The notes under the pieces were generated by a model. That model worked only from the letters and a program-made list of their open reading frames with translations, ran no database searches and had not been told where the DNA came from. A program made the translations under genes and the position numbers. DNA of 64,000 nucleotides from Ruditapes philippinarum (lineage: Eukaryota), in NCBI RefSeq assembly GCF_026571515.1, contig NW_026861243.1, positions 310,001 to 374,000 on the forward strand, read 5' to 3'. Positions 12,649 to 27,300 of this stretch are shown piece by piece. Positions within the stretch are counted from its first letter, which is position 1; each line of letters opens with the position of its first letter.

Positions 12649-14130
12649 CCTGGAAATGGAAAGAAAAGAAGTGTAAATATAAAGGTTTTAGTTTTGTAAT
12701 TAAAATATAGTTACAATTTTTAGAGACTATTAATATATGGGATCAAAAATAACCAAAGCATATTAAGCTTGAGAATATATGTATAAAGCTTTTCACTTTA
12801 TTTTGAGGATGAAACTTTATTGGTGCACAAAGCATTTGAATAATGCACACAACAATATGCTTTGCATTCTATCCTTTTTTGTTCTATTGAAAAGGACATT
12901 TTGATGTTAAATCATCTGCGTCTATTTGCCAAACAACTTATACGAAACATATGCATGCAACCAATTGTAAGGTGATATGCACGTCATCTTTTTAATTTTA
13001 TCGTAACTAATATTAAAAAACGCACGCAAAGTATAATCAATTTTTCATTTCTATCGCACCCCTACTATTTGCTAATAACAAAGAAGATATAACAAAAGAA
13101 CGCATGTAATAAAGGTAATTTGTATTTCATCTTTGTTCGTTTTCGCCAAATGTTTGCTAAAATACATTTTATACTATAAGGTGCACATTTCCATTTCAGT
13201 TGAAAACATTGAATCTTCTAGTGTATGGAAATTGTGATGAGTTATCATATAAATCATGTAATCATTTCTAGCTGACGTTAATATTAGACAAATTTTTATT
13301 TGAATTTTCAAAATCTTCTCGGTGAACATTTCATTTCACCCAAACTAAGGAAACATTGGCCTACACATGCACATCAATGAAACACTTTATTAGTTTTTGC
13401 TTTGCACAAAACAACATCGAGAGTCAGTCGGAACAGAAAGACAGAATCAAATCAGAAGAGTTCCTTTGAGACACATTAATGGTCAACATTGCAGACTTGG
13501 TCGGTTGAGTTTGGCCATGGGATTGGGTTAAGGGTAAAACATCTCTAAAAACCCCACACAACAACCAAATAACTTTTGAATTTTTAACACTAAAAGTTTT
13601 TTTCTCAAAAGAACTAGAAAAATTCGACATTATGTAAAATTTGGATAATTTCAAAATATGTTTTTTTTTCGTATTCGACACTGTAAAGGTAACCAAGCAA
13701 CACTAGTAAATCAAACTAATCCAATGAACAATGATACAAATGAACAATGATACGACCATCGAAGTCAAATAAAGCGTGTCTCATGAATATAAACACACGT
13801 TCAATGATCTATTTATAGCTATATCAGGTCAATAACGATAAAGACCGAAGGAGAACTTAAATCTTACGATATTTTTTGTAATTGACAGGCGATCTATAAA
13901 AATCATATAAAAGTCAGTACAATATCATTAATAACTGTTAGACTGTCGCAGACGGCCTACTGAAATATGCGCATGATTTAAAGTCAGAAAGTATTGACCT
14001 ACATATTTCTAGCTTGTTCACCAAAATATTACTTTTGCAATTGAGTACCATAGATCAGAGACTGAAACTTCAAAGTCAATGGTCAAAATTAGACGATGAA
14101 GATATTTTATTTATTTATTTAAGCTTAAGA

Positions 14131-14184
14131 GCAGCAGCAGCAGCAACAACAACAACAACAACAATAACAACAACAACAACAACA
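14131..14184. repeat. (GCA)n(ACA)n microsatellite
   Basis: Seen directly; explains the spurious poly-Cys and poly-Thr ORFs. Confidence 0.9.
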
Positions 14185-17100
14185 AAACACTCGATGTCCA
14201 CTTGTTAATATTGCAGTAAACACACTACATTTTATTGAAAATAGCAATGATACTGTCAGTTTGAAATTGTCCATTGACCTTCTGTTTTTATGTAAAATGT
14301 TTAAATCATATTGAAAAATATACGTATATGAAAATGAATACATTGCACTTGGTGGCTTAGCAATAATGATAATAACGATACACGTAATGACGACATTAAT
14401 AATAATAATGTTGAGTTTTTTGTGTATGCCGTGAAACCTTCAAAGTGTATTTTTATGTTTCTGACCTATACATATAAATTTCAAAAAGAGTAATTTCAAA
14501 TTATTTTCATACAATATGCCCATTTTTCAAGATATTCAAGTTATTTCTCTGTAACCTTGCAAGATATGTCATTTCTATTTAGTAAGTTTAAACAATATTT
14601 CATTTCAGACAAACATATATACGCAATATAGTTACATTGCAAATGCAAAAAGGATTGTGTAGAAAGCTTCAAGCTGTTTCGAGAATCTCTTTCTTTCCTT
14701 CTCAGCAATGATGTAAGCTCATTTCAGGGAAATTTACAAACGTAAGCCGCTAGTTTGTTACATTTAAAGAAGGATGTTTTACAAGTAACATCCTTTAAAA
14801 GATTATGGTTTGTGCAAGTGTAATATAATGTTAAAACATTTTATTGTTACGCTCTATTTGGTCACATTCGTTCAACTTTACCAAATTTATCTAAATGTCA
14901 GATTCATATTCTGTCGAACATATTTAAGCAACACAAATTTGATCTTAATGTAATAGCTGCATGTAAGTCATTCATCTTTATAATTCATAATAAATTATTA
15001 CTGAAATTAGTACATTTATCACAAGGTAGGAGCGTATCTAACTATTTCCTTGTTTTAAATCTCATTCGTTTCTTGTATAAGTTATGAATTAAATCATATA
15101 GTATAATGCAATGTAACTTTCGTCAAATGAACGGTCTAAACACATCATTTGAATAGAATTCGTTTTGCCATGAAATGCCAAAAAGATTACGCACATGCAC
15201 AGTGATTTGAATTATTTGAATATTGACACTTGCTTTCACCACAGATGATATACTGTACATGTATAGTTTCGTTAAATTAACCAATTTGTTGCATTCTTAA
15301 TTCTCAACGTATTTTCGTTTTCAAAACCCATATAATGTCATTTCATTGTAAGCAACTACATGCTTTTCTTAATAAAGATATGTATTGCCTTCTTCTTTTT
15401 AAATTAAATTGTGTTAAAATTCTTAACATCTTCATCATCGCTGTTCCCAACTCGTCATACTGTTTCTTTCTTAAATGTTTTTTATAATCATCTAATCTCA
15501 TATGTACCCCTTTGCCAAGTATCACAATTTTGGAAACGAAACGTATCACAGTTTCATCGATTTGTTACCATTAACATACATCTTTAATCGATGTTTCCAT
15601 TTATCATACGTCAATTTTACACAACATTCCACATTTTTAACACTATTTCCCCAGTTGAACCATGAGCTAGCCAATTATCATTGATATGAAAACAAATAAT
15701 ACTTAAGCCGGTGCCAGCGGGTGTGAGAGATATTGCCCTTTCCATTGTTTCGTGAAGGGACTCACTAAAACTTAGTCTAACTATTTTTCACTTTGCTTTC
15801 AAGACATCTCACTTTTTTCATATTTTTTTAATGTCAAAAAAATCAACGATACATTTTTTTCACTCTAATTTTAAACAGTGTTTATTTCGTAGGGCTATTT
15901 TTGCATCATGATGGAGTGCAAAACCTATAGACTTTATGATGTATGCCCGTCAAGTTATTTACATAACTCGTTGTCATATTAATAGGTCTGATTGTAAAGT
16001 TGGAGTGAAACTGTCAGTCCCGGAGAACTTGTGACAATGGATGGTGTTGAATATAGGTTGAAGAAAGAAGCTTACTAAAGTCACGATTCTTGTCAAACAT
16101 TTTCATTATGATAGGGTCACAAAATATCACCTTAGCTAACCCCAGTATTATCTTCTAAAGTAAAATTTGAGTTAAAAAGTGTATAGATTAGTTATATAAA
16201 GACATAGATGTATATATTTAGGTTCATGTTAATCAGGAGAATATCATAATCAAGTGCATTTAATAAATTTGTTAATTCATTGGATGACAAAGTTATTCAT
16301 TGCAGGGAACAAAAATATATAAATCATTCTAAATATAGTATATCTGATAATGAATCGGAATATATATGATTGGATAATGATTAATCATACCATTTTGAGT
16401 GACATGATTGATTTAGTTTATGTTTGAACATAATCAAGCTTCAAGCGAACCCAAGTTTCCGTAGAATAATACTAAGATTATTTTTATTTTTACTAAGATT
16501 ATTTTCATTAGAAACATGATTCTGCTTACTGTTTGATATGCATAAACTAGCGGTAAATATCGAGGCCGGTGAGTGAAAGATGTTGCATTTTAACATTATC
16601 TCTTATGAACAGAATCGTTCAAACCGAGCCTGCAATTTTCGTATAATGTAATTGTTTTCATTCCTTCCGAGCGTTCACACCTTTTCTCAAATTTCATTTT
16701 ATTGCGAAGGAAGATTAAGATACGAATTCTTGTCATCAAAAACGCCAATCACCTGTACTTACATGATGCCATCGTTATCGTATTGTATCAATAGTAAAAA
16801 AAATCTAAAGAATGCTAAGAATAAAATTGTAAAATGAAATAGACAATATGTCCGAATAAATATAGCAAAGTTGAAGGTTTCAACCATGTCATTTTCGAAC
16901 TATAATTCGACTTTTTAACAAATGTCACTCTCTTGATTAAGTATGGATTTTACTCTTCTCTTCGGACATTTCCTTGATTTTTTTTTATAGATTTGTAGAA
17001 TTTGCATGTATAGAAAGAGTACTGGTACAATAATAAATGATAGGCTACATTCATTGATAAAGAGAAGTACATAAGAAAACACAATGTACATTGAAAATGT

Positions 17101-19839
17101 TTTACTCTAAATATTCGTGGTGACAATTGTACATGATTTCCCCCCTTGTACATGATTTTCCCCCCTTTTCTACATGCATGAAATAAAAACTTGTCAAAAT
17201 GCATTAATAACTATTTAAATGGTTGCAAGTTTCTGTCATATTTACCGTCAAAGAAAGTATCAGCATATGGACTCAACATTTACTTAGATTAATACATATT
17301 TTTTGACTTTGTTAGCCATAACTGGTGTATGGTTCAGATTCCCCATTTATTAAGATAAGACAATAGATATTCCATTTTTATTTTGTATCATACAAAATCG
17401 CTTCTTCCTACATTTTGTTAACTTGATACCTGCCATATTTCAAGCAATGATTACATAAAATTTGTGTTGGTAGATGACTAGACTAATTAAGCTATATATG
17501 CAAAAAATTTGCCCCGTACCCTAACATAATTAGTATGTACCTGTTCAATTTGCTCTGTACTTGATAAAATGACAACTGAATGACATTGTTATGAAGGAAT
17601 ATGTCTAAATTATGATACGTATACTATACAAACACAAACAACACATTTTTGTGTGGCTATAATATCGAATAAGAGCAAAACCGTATTTAGCCTTTTGTAA
17701 GAAGAGTTTTGTATTTTCGTAATAATTTAAACCTTTCATGGTTTAAGAAATATCTAATCGTAAATCTTGGAAAATTTAATGAAAAAAAAATGTTTAAAAA
17801 GTATTTTTTACCAATCGTTTTCTTTTTAATATATTCTATAAATTTGTAATTATTATGTGACACTTTTCTATTATAATAAGCTACAGTTGCTATTTTATTT
17901 TAATTATTATACATTCATTTCATTAGGTTCTTCATTCTTACTCAGATTCACATCTACTATATGGTTCATATGTCACAAAAATTTTTATTCTGAAAGCGGC
18001 AATACTAAGTCCATTATACGCATCTAATAAACAATTAATTGAAATATAATTAAAAACTAAAAGATATATTTATATTTTGTTTGAATAAAGAAAGAAATAA
18101 AAAGAAAGAAAAAAAAGAAGACAAAAACAACTTTTATTGGAAATTCTATTTTTAGAATCAATATCCGTGTTCTCTCGTATTATATAATTTCTATGGATAT
18201 AATATTCAAACATCAAAAATAGACTTAAATTTACCCAAAATAATGATATCAATATATTTTTTTCTTTTAATTGTTGTTGTTTTCTTGCTAATCAAATTAT
18301 TTAATAACTTCTTGAACGTGATTTTCTTTATTTTTAATCGTTTTATATCCATTTCATTTAAAATTCACCATAAAATGGTAAAGGAATATGATTTCAAAAG
18401 TTGCATGAATGAATTTATTTTCTTTACAAACCTTTGGCTTGGAATTATTCCAAATTAAAAAAAAATCCCCAAACACTTATACTTTTTTCCCTGTCAGCGA
18501 ATCCAGTGCTTTCACGGTATCAACTGACTTATAGTTTCATATTCTATTGCCCGAGGCGTCATTTCAACATGTCGTAAGCTGTATTATATTCTTCTTACGT
18601 TTTCTCAGCTGTCAGAACTTGATGGATGTACGTGTTAACGTTCGTGTATTGATGTGACTACCAAACGTTACGTCAACGTCGTGTAGGACATATACACATT
18701 ATTGTATCAAAATACACATGGTAAAAGTATTGTTTCCTAAATTTAATTTTATTTTCACTGAAAGATTATATTTTTCTCAGCGTGACGGTAAAAAATAATG
18801 AGTGTATTACAATTTTTGTTGCATTTCATTACGTACACAGATTCATAAACACTAATGTACCCTTTTGTGCTATAACATCATCAGAAGTCAAATGTTGTTG
18901 TTTAACGATATTTTTTAACTTAAAATAAATAATTTTCTGTTAAAACCTACATAAAATAAAAAGTACACATGTTTATAAATATTTTATGACACAATAGACA
19001 AAGTTTTCATGCATGCTTTATTTTTCAGTATAAAATTTTTTTATATACAGTATATACATAAATTTTTTAACTTATTTTTGCATTGCATTGCAAGAATATA
19101 GAATGCTTGATAGTTCAGACGGGTACCGCTTTTCCGGGTCGTATTTAAGGGTAAGTACAGTGTATGCTAAATATTTCGCATATATACAGTTATAAATTGA
19201 ACATATATTTCCCTATGCAAAAAGTATATGATAGTTTCACCTTTGACTTTTTCCACACATGTTGGCTGAATGAATGAAACGCGATAAAAACATGATAAAA
19301 TATATGAATTAAATAAAGAAGTTCTATTTGATAAATAAAACATAATATCAAAATTTGGCTGCTCATGTAATCATTTCCCATTAGATATGTATTTTGATTT
19401 GGAAGCAAATTTATCAAATTAACAATATATGTATGTTAACCTAACAAGTGGTCTATAATGTATTGGATGTCTACTAAATTTAAATAGAAATGGCCACCAA
19501 TTTATCACAACTATTAGTCAATGTTCAAAACCTCAGAACTTCAATCGATCTAAATTAGTCAGACTATGGTCCTTGTATGATATTTGTCCGATAGATATAG
19601 GCAACATTATAAAGGATTGTCGTTTCAATAGGTATTTATTAGTATAATTCACCGTTGAAAACTCATTGCAAACATTGAAAACTTCCGAATCATCCCTCTT
19701 GTAAAATATTTTATAGCATTGTATTGTAACTGTTATCGTTTGAATGCATTAATTTTTTCAAATGTATTAATTTTAATAAGTACAATTCTTTCCTTTTAAG
19801 CCATAACTTTGATATCAAATGCAGCATTTAGATAATGTT

Positions 19840-19988
19840 NNNNNNNNNNNNNNNNNNNNNNNNNNNNNNNNNNNNNNNNNNNNNNNNNNNNNNNNNNNNN
19901 NNNNNNNNNNNNNNNNNNNNNNNNNNNNNNNNNNNNNNNNNNNNNNNNNNNNNNNNNNNNNNNNNNNNNNNNNNNNNNNNNNNNNNNN
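19840..19988. other. Assembly gap (149 N)
   Basis: Run of N. Confidence 0.99.
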
Positions 19989-21878
19989 GAAAACGGGACT
20001 GTGGGTGGATAAAATTAAAAAAAAAATGTTACAGTTAATAAACTGTTAATTTGTTCAATGATGTAGTGTACTTTTGTAATATTTCAGCGACGCAACTCCT
20101 CTGTTAAGTAAGGCACTTTGATCATTGACGAAACAATTAAAACATCATGCATCCTGTTTAGTTTAACAACATACATAGTATACATAGGTTATGTATAGTA
20201 AAACAATTCATTCGCTTCGAAGTGATATCTTACAACATTGTCGTTGTAAGGAACAAGTACAAAAGTCTCAATCAATGCAACATTCAATACATCAATACAT
20301 CTGCAATACATCAATACATTTAGTGTGTTTTTTTTCAACTTTCGTGACTGTTTTTAAAAAATAGTGCATTTGTAACCATATGTTACTTTCCTTTTTTTTT
20401 GCACAATCCTTTACTGTAATGTGTGATTGTGTATTATATTGTCATAGTTCATGGGACAAATACTAATGACTTGTTTGTTGAATCATTCGAAACCATCATT
20501 TATGTAAGAAAAAAGTACAAAAAGGTTAGGAATCTACCGCTGTGCTAAACACTACTTAAATATGCTGGGAGAACCATATGTTTATATTTTGCTTTTTTGT
20601 TTAATCTGTGAGATATTATGCATATATAGATGAGAAGTTATATCACCATTGCTGATTCAAGTGAGTCCATGTGTGGAGACATAAAAAATCTAGAAAAGAG
20701 ACCATCTCTCGAGAGCAAGTAAAAGAACATTTATAAAGTGAATATTGCAGTCTTGGTTTAATTGGGGTTGTGCATGAGAGGTAATGGAAAGTACAATGTC
20801 TCATGCACCCTAACACCGGCTGAAGCAGTATTCAACCTTCATCATAATGAAAGATTGGTATAAATGAATTAATGATGAAGAAGGACTAGAAATATAACCA
20901 CACTGGCGTGATATACGAGGCAACCTTTTACAAAATTTAATATCAGTCTATTCTAGAGTGTATAGACAGCTTAAGAACACAGAAGATAATGTTAACTGAC
21001 CCACCGTTTCTGATCGAGTACGTGTACATAATTCTGCTTTGTTCAAGTGCTATTACAAACTCTACTTTTTGTAAAGGGTATAAATTATTACATTGTATGT
21101 TAGTTGAAATGGAAACTATTTTTTTATTCAATCTGAAAAAGTTGTTATTAAAAATTTGTTTTTATTTACAAAATGTATAGAAAGATATAAATATATGTAA
21201 GGAAAACAACTCCTCCGCAAAGAAGTATTGAAAGTAGTGTTAGAGTTATTAAATGCTTGCTTTGCGAGCTGAAAAGAATGCTATGTTTAACATTGAAAAC
21301 AATTTATCGACAAACTTATTTGCTAAAATAGTTAAATTTTGTTTTAAAGTTACAACATAGATCATTAGCAAAAGAGCGATGCATTTCTGTTAAAATGTAT
21401 GTAATGGTGAATAAGGAGATTTAATCATTACATTCAATGTCAACCGGTGCTAGAGGGCGTGACTGGTAAACATGCATTACAACTTTACGGTCCATATTTT
21501 TTTTATCTGAACCTGAAAATAAAAACAACAACAACACATAACACACAAAAACTATTCATGTAGTGTAGGTTAAGCATTATATGTTTCCTTTTAATATTTC
21601 TATGATTTTCTTTCAATTATATAGGCGTCTCTGTAATTCAGTGGCTTTCTCAAAGATATTTTAGTTACTGTTAGACAAAGACACTTTTACATGTGGTCCC
21701 TCCTATACACAATATGCAGTTGTTATTTTTTGTAAATAATTCATTTAAAACAATTAGAGCTTGTCTGATCAGATCTTTTGTATTGCATATTTTATGACAC
21801 TAAATTGACTTGTATCAGGAAAGCACTACTTATTGATTGATCTATAGAGGAAGTTACTTTCAAATGAATGTCTTTGAG

Positions 21879-22072
21879 GGGAGCGATGGCCTAATGATTA
21901 AGGTGTCTGCCTCTCAACCCAGGGATCATGGCTTCGAGCCATAATCGGGTCACGACCATGTTTCTTCATATGACACCAGTACTGGTTGGTTCCAGGTAGC
22001 GGACTCGAAAGTGATTAATATAAGTTGCAAGAACTTGTTTCGCAATCAAGCTAAAATAAATATGTTTAAACC
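21879..22072 (+). mobile_element. tRNA-derived SINE with 12-bp TSD
   Basis: A-box-like tggcctaatg and B-box-like gcttcgagcc; body atgacaccagtactggttggttccagg..cggactcga. TSD aatgtctttgag at 21867-21878 and 22073-22084. Confidence 0.85.
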
Positions 22073-24060
22073 AATGTCTTTGAGCATTATTCATCTTTCT
22101 ACAAATTTAAATATGCACCACGGGCTTACAGAGGTATATTTTACTAGTATAGCGATATATATTACTACATACTCGTATAATATATATAAATGATACAACA
22201 TATGGCAACTTCATTAGTGACAGATTTTATTAGCTTGGTCTAGAGTGTTGTCCACGTTTGTCTATTAACCATGATATTGTTTAAAGTTTTAATCGCAAGC
22301 GGATTTTTTTCTGATGCATCTATCTGCGCATGAATACGGAAGTTGTCAGAAGTGACCGGGACAATATTTTTCTATATCTGGCACTACGAGATAACTGGAA
22401 AGCTTGGTTACTTTTATATATTTACTGTATTTTCATTCCATAGTAAAGGCATGATATCATATCCAAACTATTACTTTGAATAATTTATATTTCGCCTTTT
22501 TGCATGATTGAACTTATCAATTATTAATCCACGCTAACAAGTGATATATGCATGCTATGCTCTCGTAAACCTGTGCGATCTTTAAACTATAAAAAATAGT
22601 TTAATGGCAAATAAAAATATTGACTGTTCTTTCAATAACAATGCATTCTTTTGAAAAACAAATGCCATACATTGCATATTTCATGTATCGATCCTTTTTG
22701 GATACACTCTGTAACTTCCTATTGCAGGCAGTCACGTGACAGAAGAATCAAATTTCCGAGTCTCTTTTTATGTATACCCGTTTTAAAAGTTTGAGGTTGA
22801 CACTATTGTTATATCGGACATTTTTTACTACCTTACGTTAAGTGTGTCTATTGGAAGAACTATTGTTACGGTTGTGGTAGTGTTAAAAACAGTAAAATCT
22901 TGTAATGGAATGTAGGTTTATGACAGACCAAGCGCTTTAGAGATAGGAATTTATTGCCTTTTTAATGGAAATCTGAAATTGTAAATGGAATTACCTGAAA
23001 TAAAGTAAAAACACGATTAAACAGTTTATACGTTTTATTTAAATAGCACCATCACAATCTCTGTATAATGAATAAAAGATATTAAACAGTGCTTTTTATC
23101 GCATGTTCTTACAAGTATAATATTTTACAAAGGACAAAAAGTGATACATTGTTTCGGATAAACAGGTGTTTTAAGACGCTGAAAAGGATTGTATTACTTT
23201 AAATTGTAAATTTTTAACTCTTTTGTAACATAAAACTCGAATCACTTTTATGAATCACCTTGTAGTAGGAAGTTAACATATCACACAAAAATTAGCGACA
23301 TTTTAGGAAAAGTACAGGGTGTGGCATTCTGTTTATTTAGAGAGTGATTTTCTTATAGTCTTAAAGTTTAAAGTGTTGTATACAAAAATCGAAAAATTGA
23401 GTTTTGTCAGTAGACACTTCAGATGATATAATGGTGTAATCAATAATAATTTCTGTGAAAAATTGTACACGTTATAAACAACAATTGTTGAATTATCTGT
23501 TGAAAAGCAGGATCGATTATAGTAGAAATGTTAACCTTTACATTATTGACGGTATTTGCTGTACTCTTAGGTACGTATAAATATATATTTTACATTATAG
23601 TTTTTTTTTCATTGAAAGGTTCTGAAAAAAATATCGCCTTACTGTTTGGTTCATGAAGTCAAAGTACTCGTATATACATTGTATTTGTCACATCAGAGGA
23701 ATTCATGCATACTACATTAGTTATTACATTTGTAATGCAATTTACAATGTAATATTTATGTACAAATTAAAAGAGATATAATTTACATGACGTTTGAATG
23801 AAGTTAACACTTTAAGTCATCGTATATGACAGCAATTAAAACTTTGTAGCATTGTAACATTGGCGAATATGTTAAAACATGTAAAATGCTGATAGAGTTC
23901 AATATACATATGTTCGTAATTCAATGGATATAAATAAACTGTAGAAGAGTGAATAGGTTCTTTAATTTCGTTTACAGTATAAAATGCTATACTACACAAT
24001 TAGTAAGACGTGGTGATAAATGGAAAGATAATAATGTGTGATGTGTATAGATAAATGATA

Positions 24061-24333
24061 ATAAAATCTTACTTTACTATATATTCGAATATGATGTAAT
24101 TAAATCTTACTGTACTGTAAATTCGAATACGATGTAATAAAATCATACAGTACTGTAAATCCGAATATGATGTAATAAAATCTTACAGTACTATAAATTC
24201 GAATATGATGTAATAAAATCTTACTGTACTATAAATTCGAATATGGTGCAATAAAAACTTATACATGTAGTACTATAAATTCGAATACGAAGTAGTTAAT
24301 ATTATTGTACAATGAATTCAAAAACGGTGTAAT
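24061..24333. repeat. 38-bp minisatellite, about 7 units
   Basis: Consensus ataaaatcttactgtactataaattcgaatatgatgta; 5 good units plus 2 decayed. Confidence 0.9.
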
Positions 24334-27300
24334 ATAAAATGGAAAATGCATAAATGCAAATGGAAATGTCACTGTTGTATACATGTAGTAGATCATGCAT
24401 TGTCTGGGCCTGAAGCCTTTTTCATACCTGTATTATTTTATAGCTTATTTATTGCTATTTAATGCTATTTATATCTCATGGAATATCAAGGCCTACATTA
24501 TTCATAAATTTGTTAACACTATAGATTTTATCAGTATCTTATATTTTTAGCATTCTAAAAACCTAGTTTTTTTTCTCTGTTATGAATGTATCGAAAATAA
24601 ATGTATATTTTGTATAAAACTGTTACACGTACATGTGTATAATATCAAGCCAAACAACAAATTATCTCGGCATCAGAATTTCTATATTGAAATCATTGCA
24701 ATGTTTATTTATTATGATTACTCATCATTATGTAATGAGATGCTCTTTTTTAAGTAACAATATTAGAGAAGCTGCACTGAGGTTCAAAGGCCTTAAAACA
24801 TAAAATTTGATTAGATCAACGGGGATACTTATGACAGAAAGAAAGCATAAGATAATTAATAAATCTACTAAAAACAATATAGAAAATCTTATTTTCAGCT
24901 GTTTATGGTATGATTTGAGTGAAAAATGTTGCAACGCTTTTCTATTCTGTCACAACTGAAATTATTATTCTGGAAAAAACCGAGTGAGCGAATAATCTAA
25001 AATTTCAAAAACACATTACTTTTTTTACCTTCATCGAATAGAACATCAATCTCGAAAAATTGTTTCCAGTTCCGTCATGTCAAAAAAACCTCAGTGGCGT
25101 CCCTTTAAAGTGTCGATCAGTTATGTTCTGTTCTGTACTAGTCTGATATTACTATTAAGCAATTAATTAACTGTTGCATCGGTCCATGTTAGATGATAGT
25201 TAACCACATCGGTCCATGTTAGATGATAGTTATCTATGTCAAGATGTACAACGAGTGATTGTTTGCATCAAAATCAATGAGTTGACAAGTTCCAATAATG
25301 GCGTTACCCTTATTACCTTTGTTCAATAATCATTACAATAAAAGAACTGTAAAGAAAGATCAATTCCCACTTTCAATGTAAGATTTAGCTTGACCAAGTA
25401 CATCTTTTCCATATATACATAGCTTTTTTTTTATAGAGACAGTTACGTAGCAACGCAGATACCTATCTTAATCTGTATTTTTTTTTAAATTATATACTTA
25501 TCGATTAAATATTGCAAAAATATTGATGAAATAAAATACATGTACATATTTTCATTTTCCATATTTTACTGTATTAAAATTATTTTTCATTGCAAGCATA
25601 TTTTCCGTATTTTCACTAGTGTCTTGCCATAAATTCAGCCAATGAACAAAATTAAAAAGAAATCTGCTAAACGTATGGTGAAATAAATAGGAAAAATATA
25701 TGATTAACAAAAAATCAAGTTCTGTTCTATAAGTACAGTTTTAACTTTCATCTTATGGTATTAAAATTATCATATTTCACTTGTGGCTTTGCCGCTTGTG
25801 AAAATATTTATTTTCTTACCACTCGATCAAAATAAAACAAACTTGAATGTCCACTATTTTTATAGCTTACATAGTATCGTAACTTTAATTTCTGGTTTTC
25901 TTGTCTGAATAAAAAGTTCATTATGCATTTTAACATCTTCGCTAATGTTACAATGCTACACAGTTTTAGTTGTTGTCATATATGTTGACTTATATTATAT
26001 TATGTTGACTTCATTCAAGCGTACTGTTGAAATTTTACTCAAATTACGATAAATATCTAAACAACAATATCAAATTTCATGACCATGGTGGTAATCCATT
26101 AGATGTTTATATGCTTTTACAGAGATTTTTTAAAAAAAAAGGAAATAATTTATATGAGAGATACTACATACAGAGGAATTTATGTTTTATCTTTGTTGAA
26201 CAAACGGTAAACGACCAAATGGTATACATTTATATTAATGTTGTTAATTTACTCTAATCTATTTTGCCCAATTTTTGTCTCTTTATTAGAATGACATTAT
26301 ACTTATTTTTGCATTGTCAAGCGGAACTGAATTGACTTTATATTTCAAAAGATTGACTGTTATAATGGTAACTTGCCCACTGTTGACAATGGAACATAAT
26401 TAGGATAAATAAAAAATCCCCTTAAATATAAAAAGACTGACCCACTCTTTTTGATAAATTGAACGTTACAGGTGAATTCCAATGTATATTTACAGAAATT
26501 TCATTGGGCCATGTGAGTTATTAATCTTTAATGCAAAATGAATTATTAAATTGAAAGGAGGTATATTAAAATGTAAACCTATTTTTGACTTTCATCTGTA
26601 CTCTTTGATGGGTATAATGTCACTTGAACAATTCAATGATATGTTATATATTTTTATAAAATAGAATCTTTTTTGTTAGACACCTGTCAGGGGACATTTA
26701 GATCTTGACATAAAAGGAAGCCTCCAGATGATCCTAATATAAAAAACATATTTAAAACATCTTAAGACTCGATTGAATGATTTATAAACCCCACATCTAT
26801 AGGCTAACATTGTTACACACTACCAGTATGATTTAAGCGTTAATATACGATCTTTTTGTTAACAGTTCGTTACTGCCTAATAACATACCTGACGGATTTT
26901 GCAGTATCGTATGGCAACTTTAATCAATTTAAAGCACTCGCTCACAGGAGTGAATTTTTCATGATTTGATTTTTTGTTTGGTTCGAGCTTTACACAACGT
27001 ATCTTAATGTAGATTTATTTTGACATGCGCAAAGTTACGATACACAAGTAGGTGTATTATAACGTTTTGTGTATAATACTAATATTCAATATCATGCAAT
27101 AACTCAGCAGTAAGCATGTTGATGTATATCATATTATATAGTCCATTTATTATAATTAATTACAAATGATCAGTTCAACCCTTAAAAATTACTGAATAAA
27201 AGGTGATGATCCACTTACGTGTTTAAAACTTAGGAATAGAAAAGGAAATAATACTTAATATATGCTATTTTTAAACAACGTTCGGTCTTTTTTGCACAAA

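Noticed and set aside
13868-13990. Candidate 5' UTR exon of the chitin-binding gene (donor gtaagat at 13867)
   Set aside because: A donor-like sequence alone is insufficient without transcript data.
25530-25850. Crypton-like non-autonomous repeat (tttcacttgtggctttgccgcttgtgaaa hairpin)
   Set aside because: The hairpin is visible, but boundaries and family cannot be supported from sequence alone.
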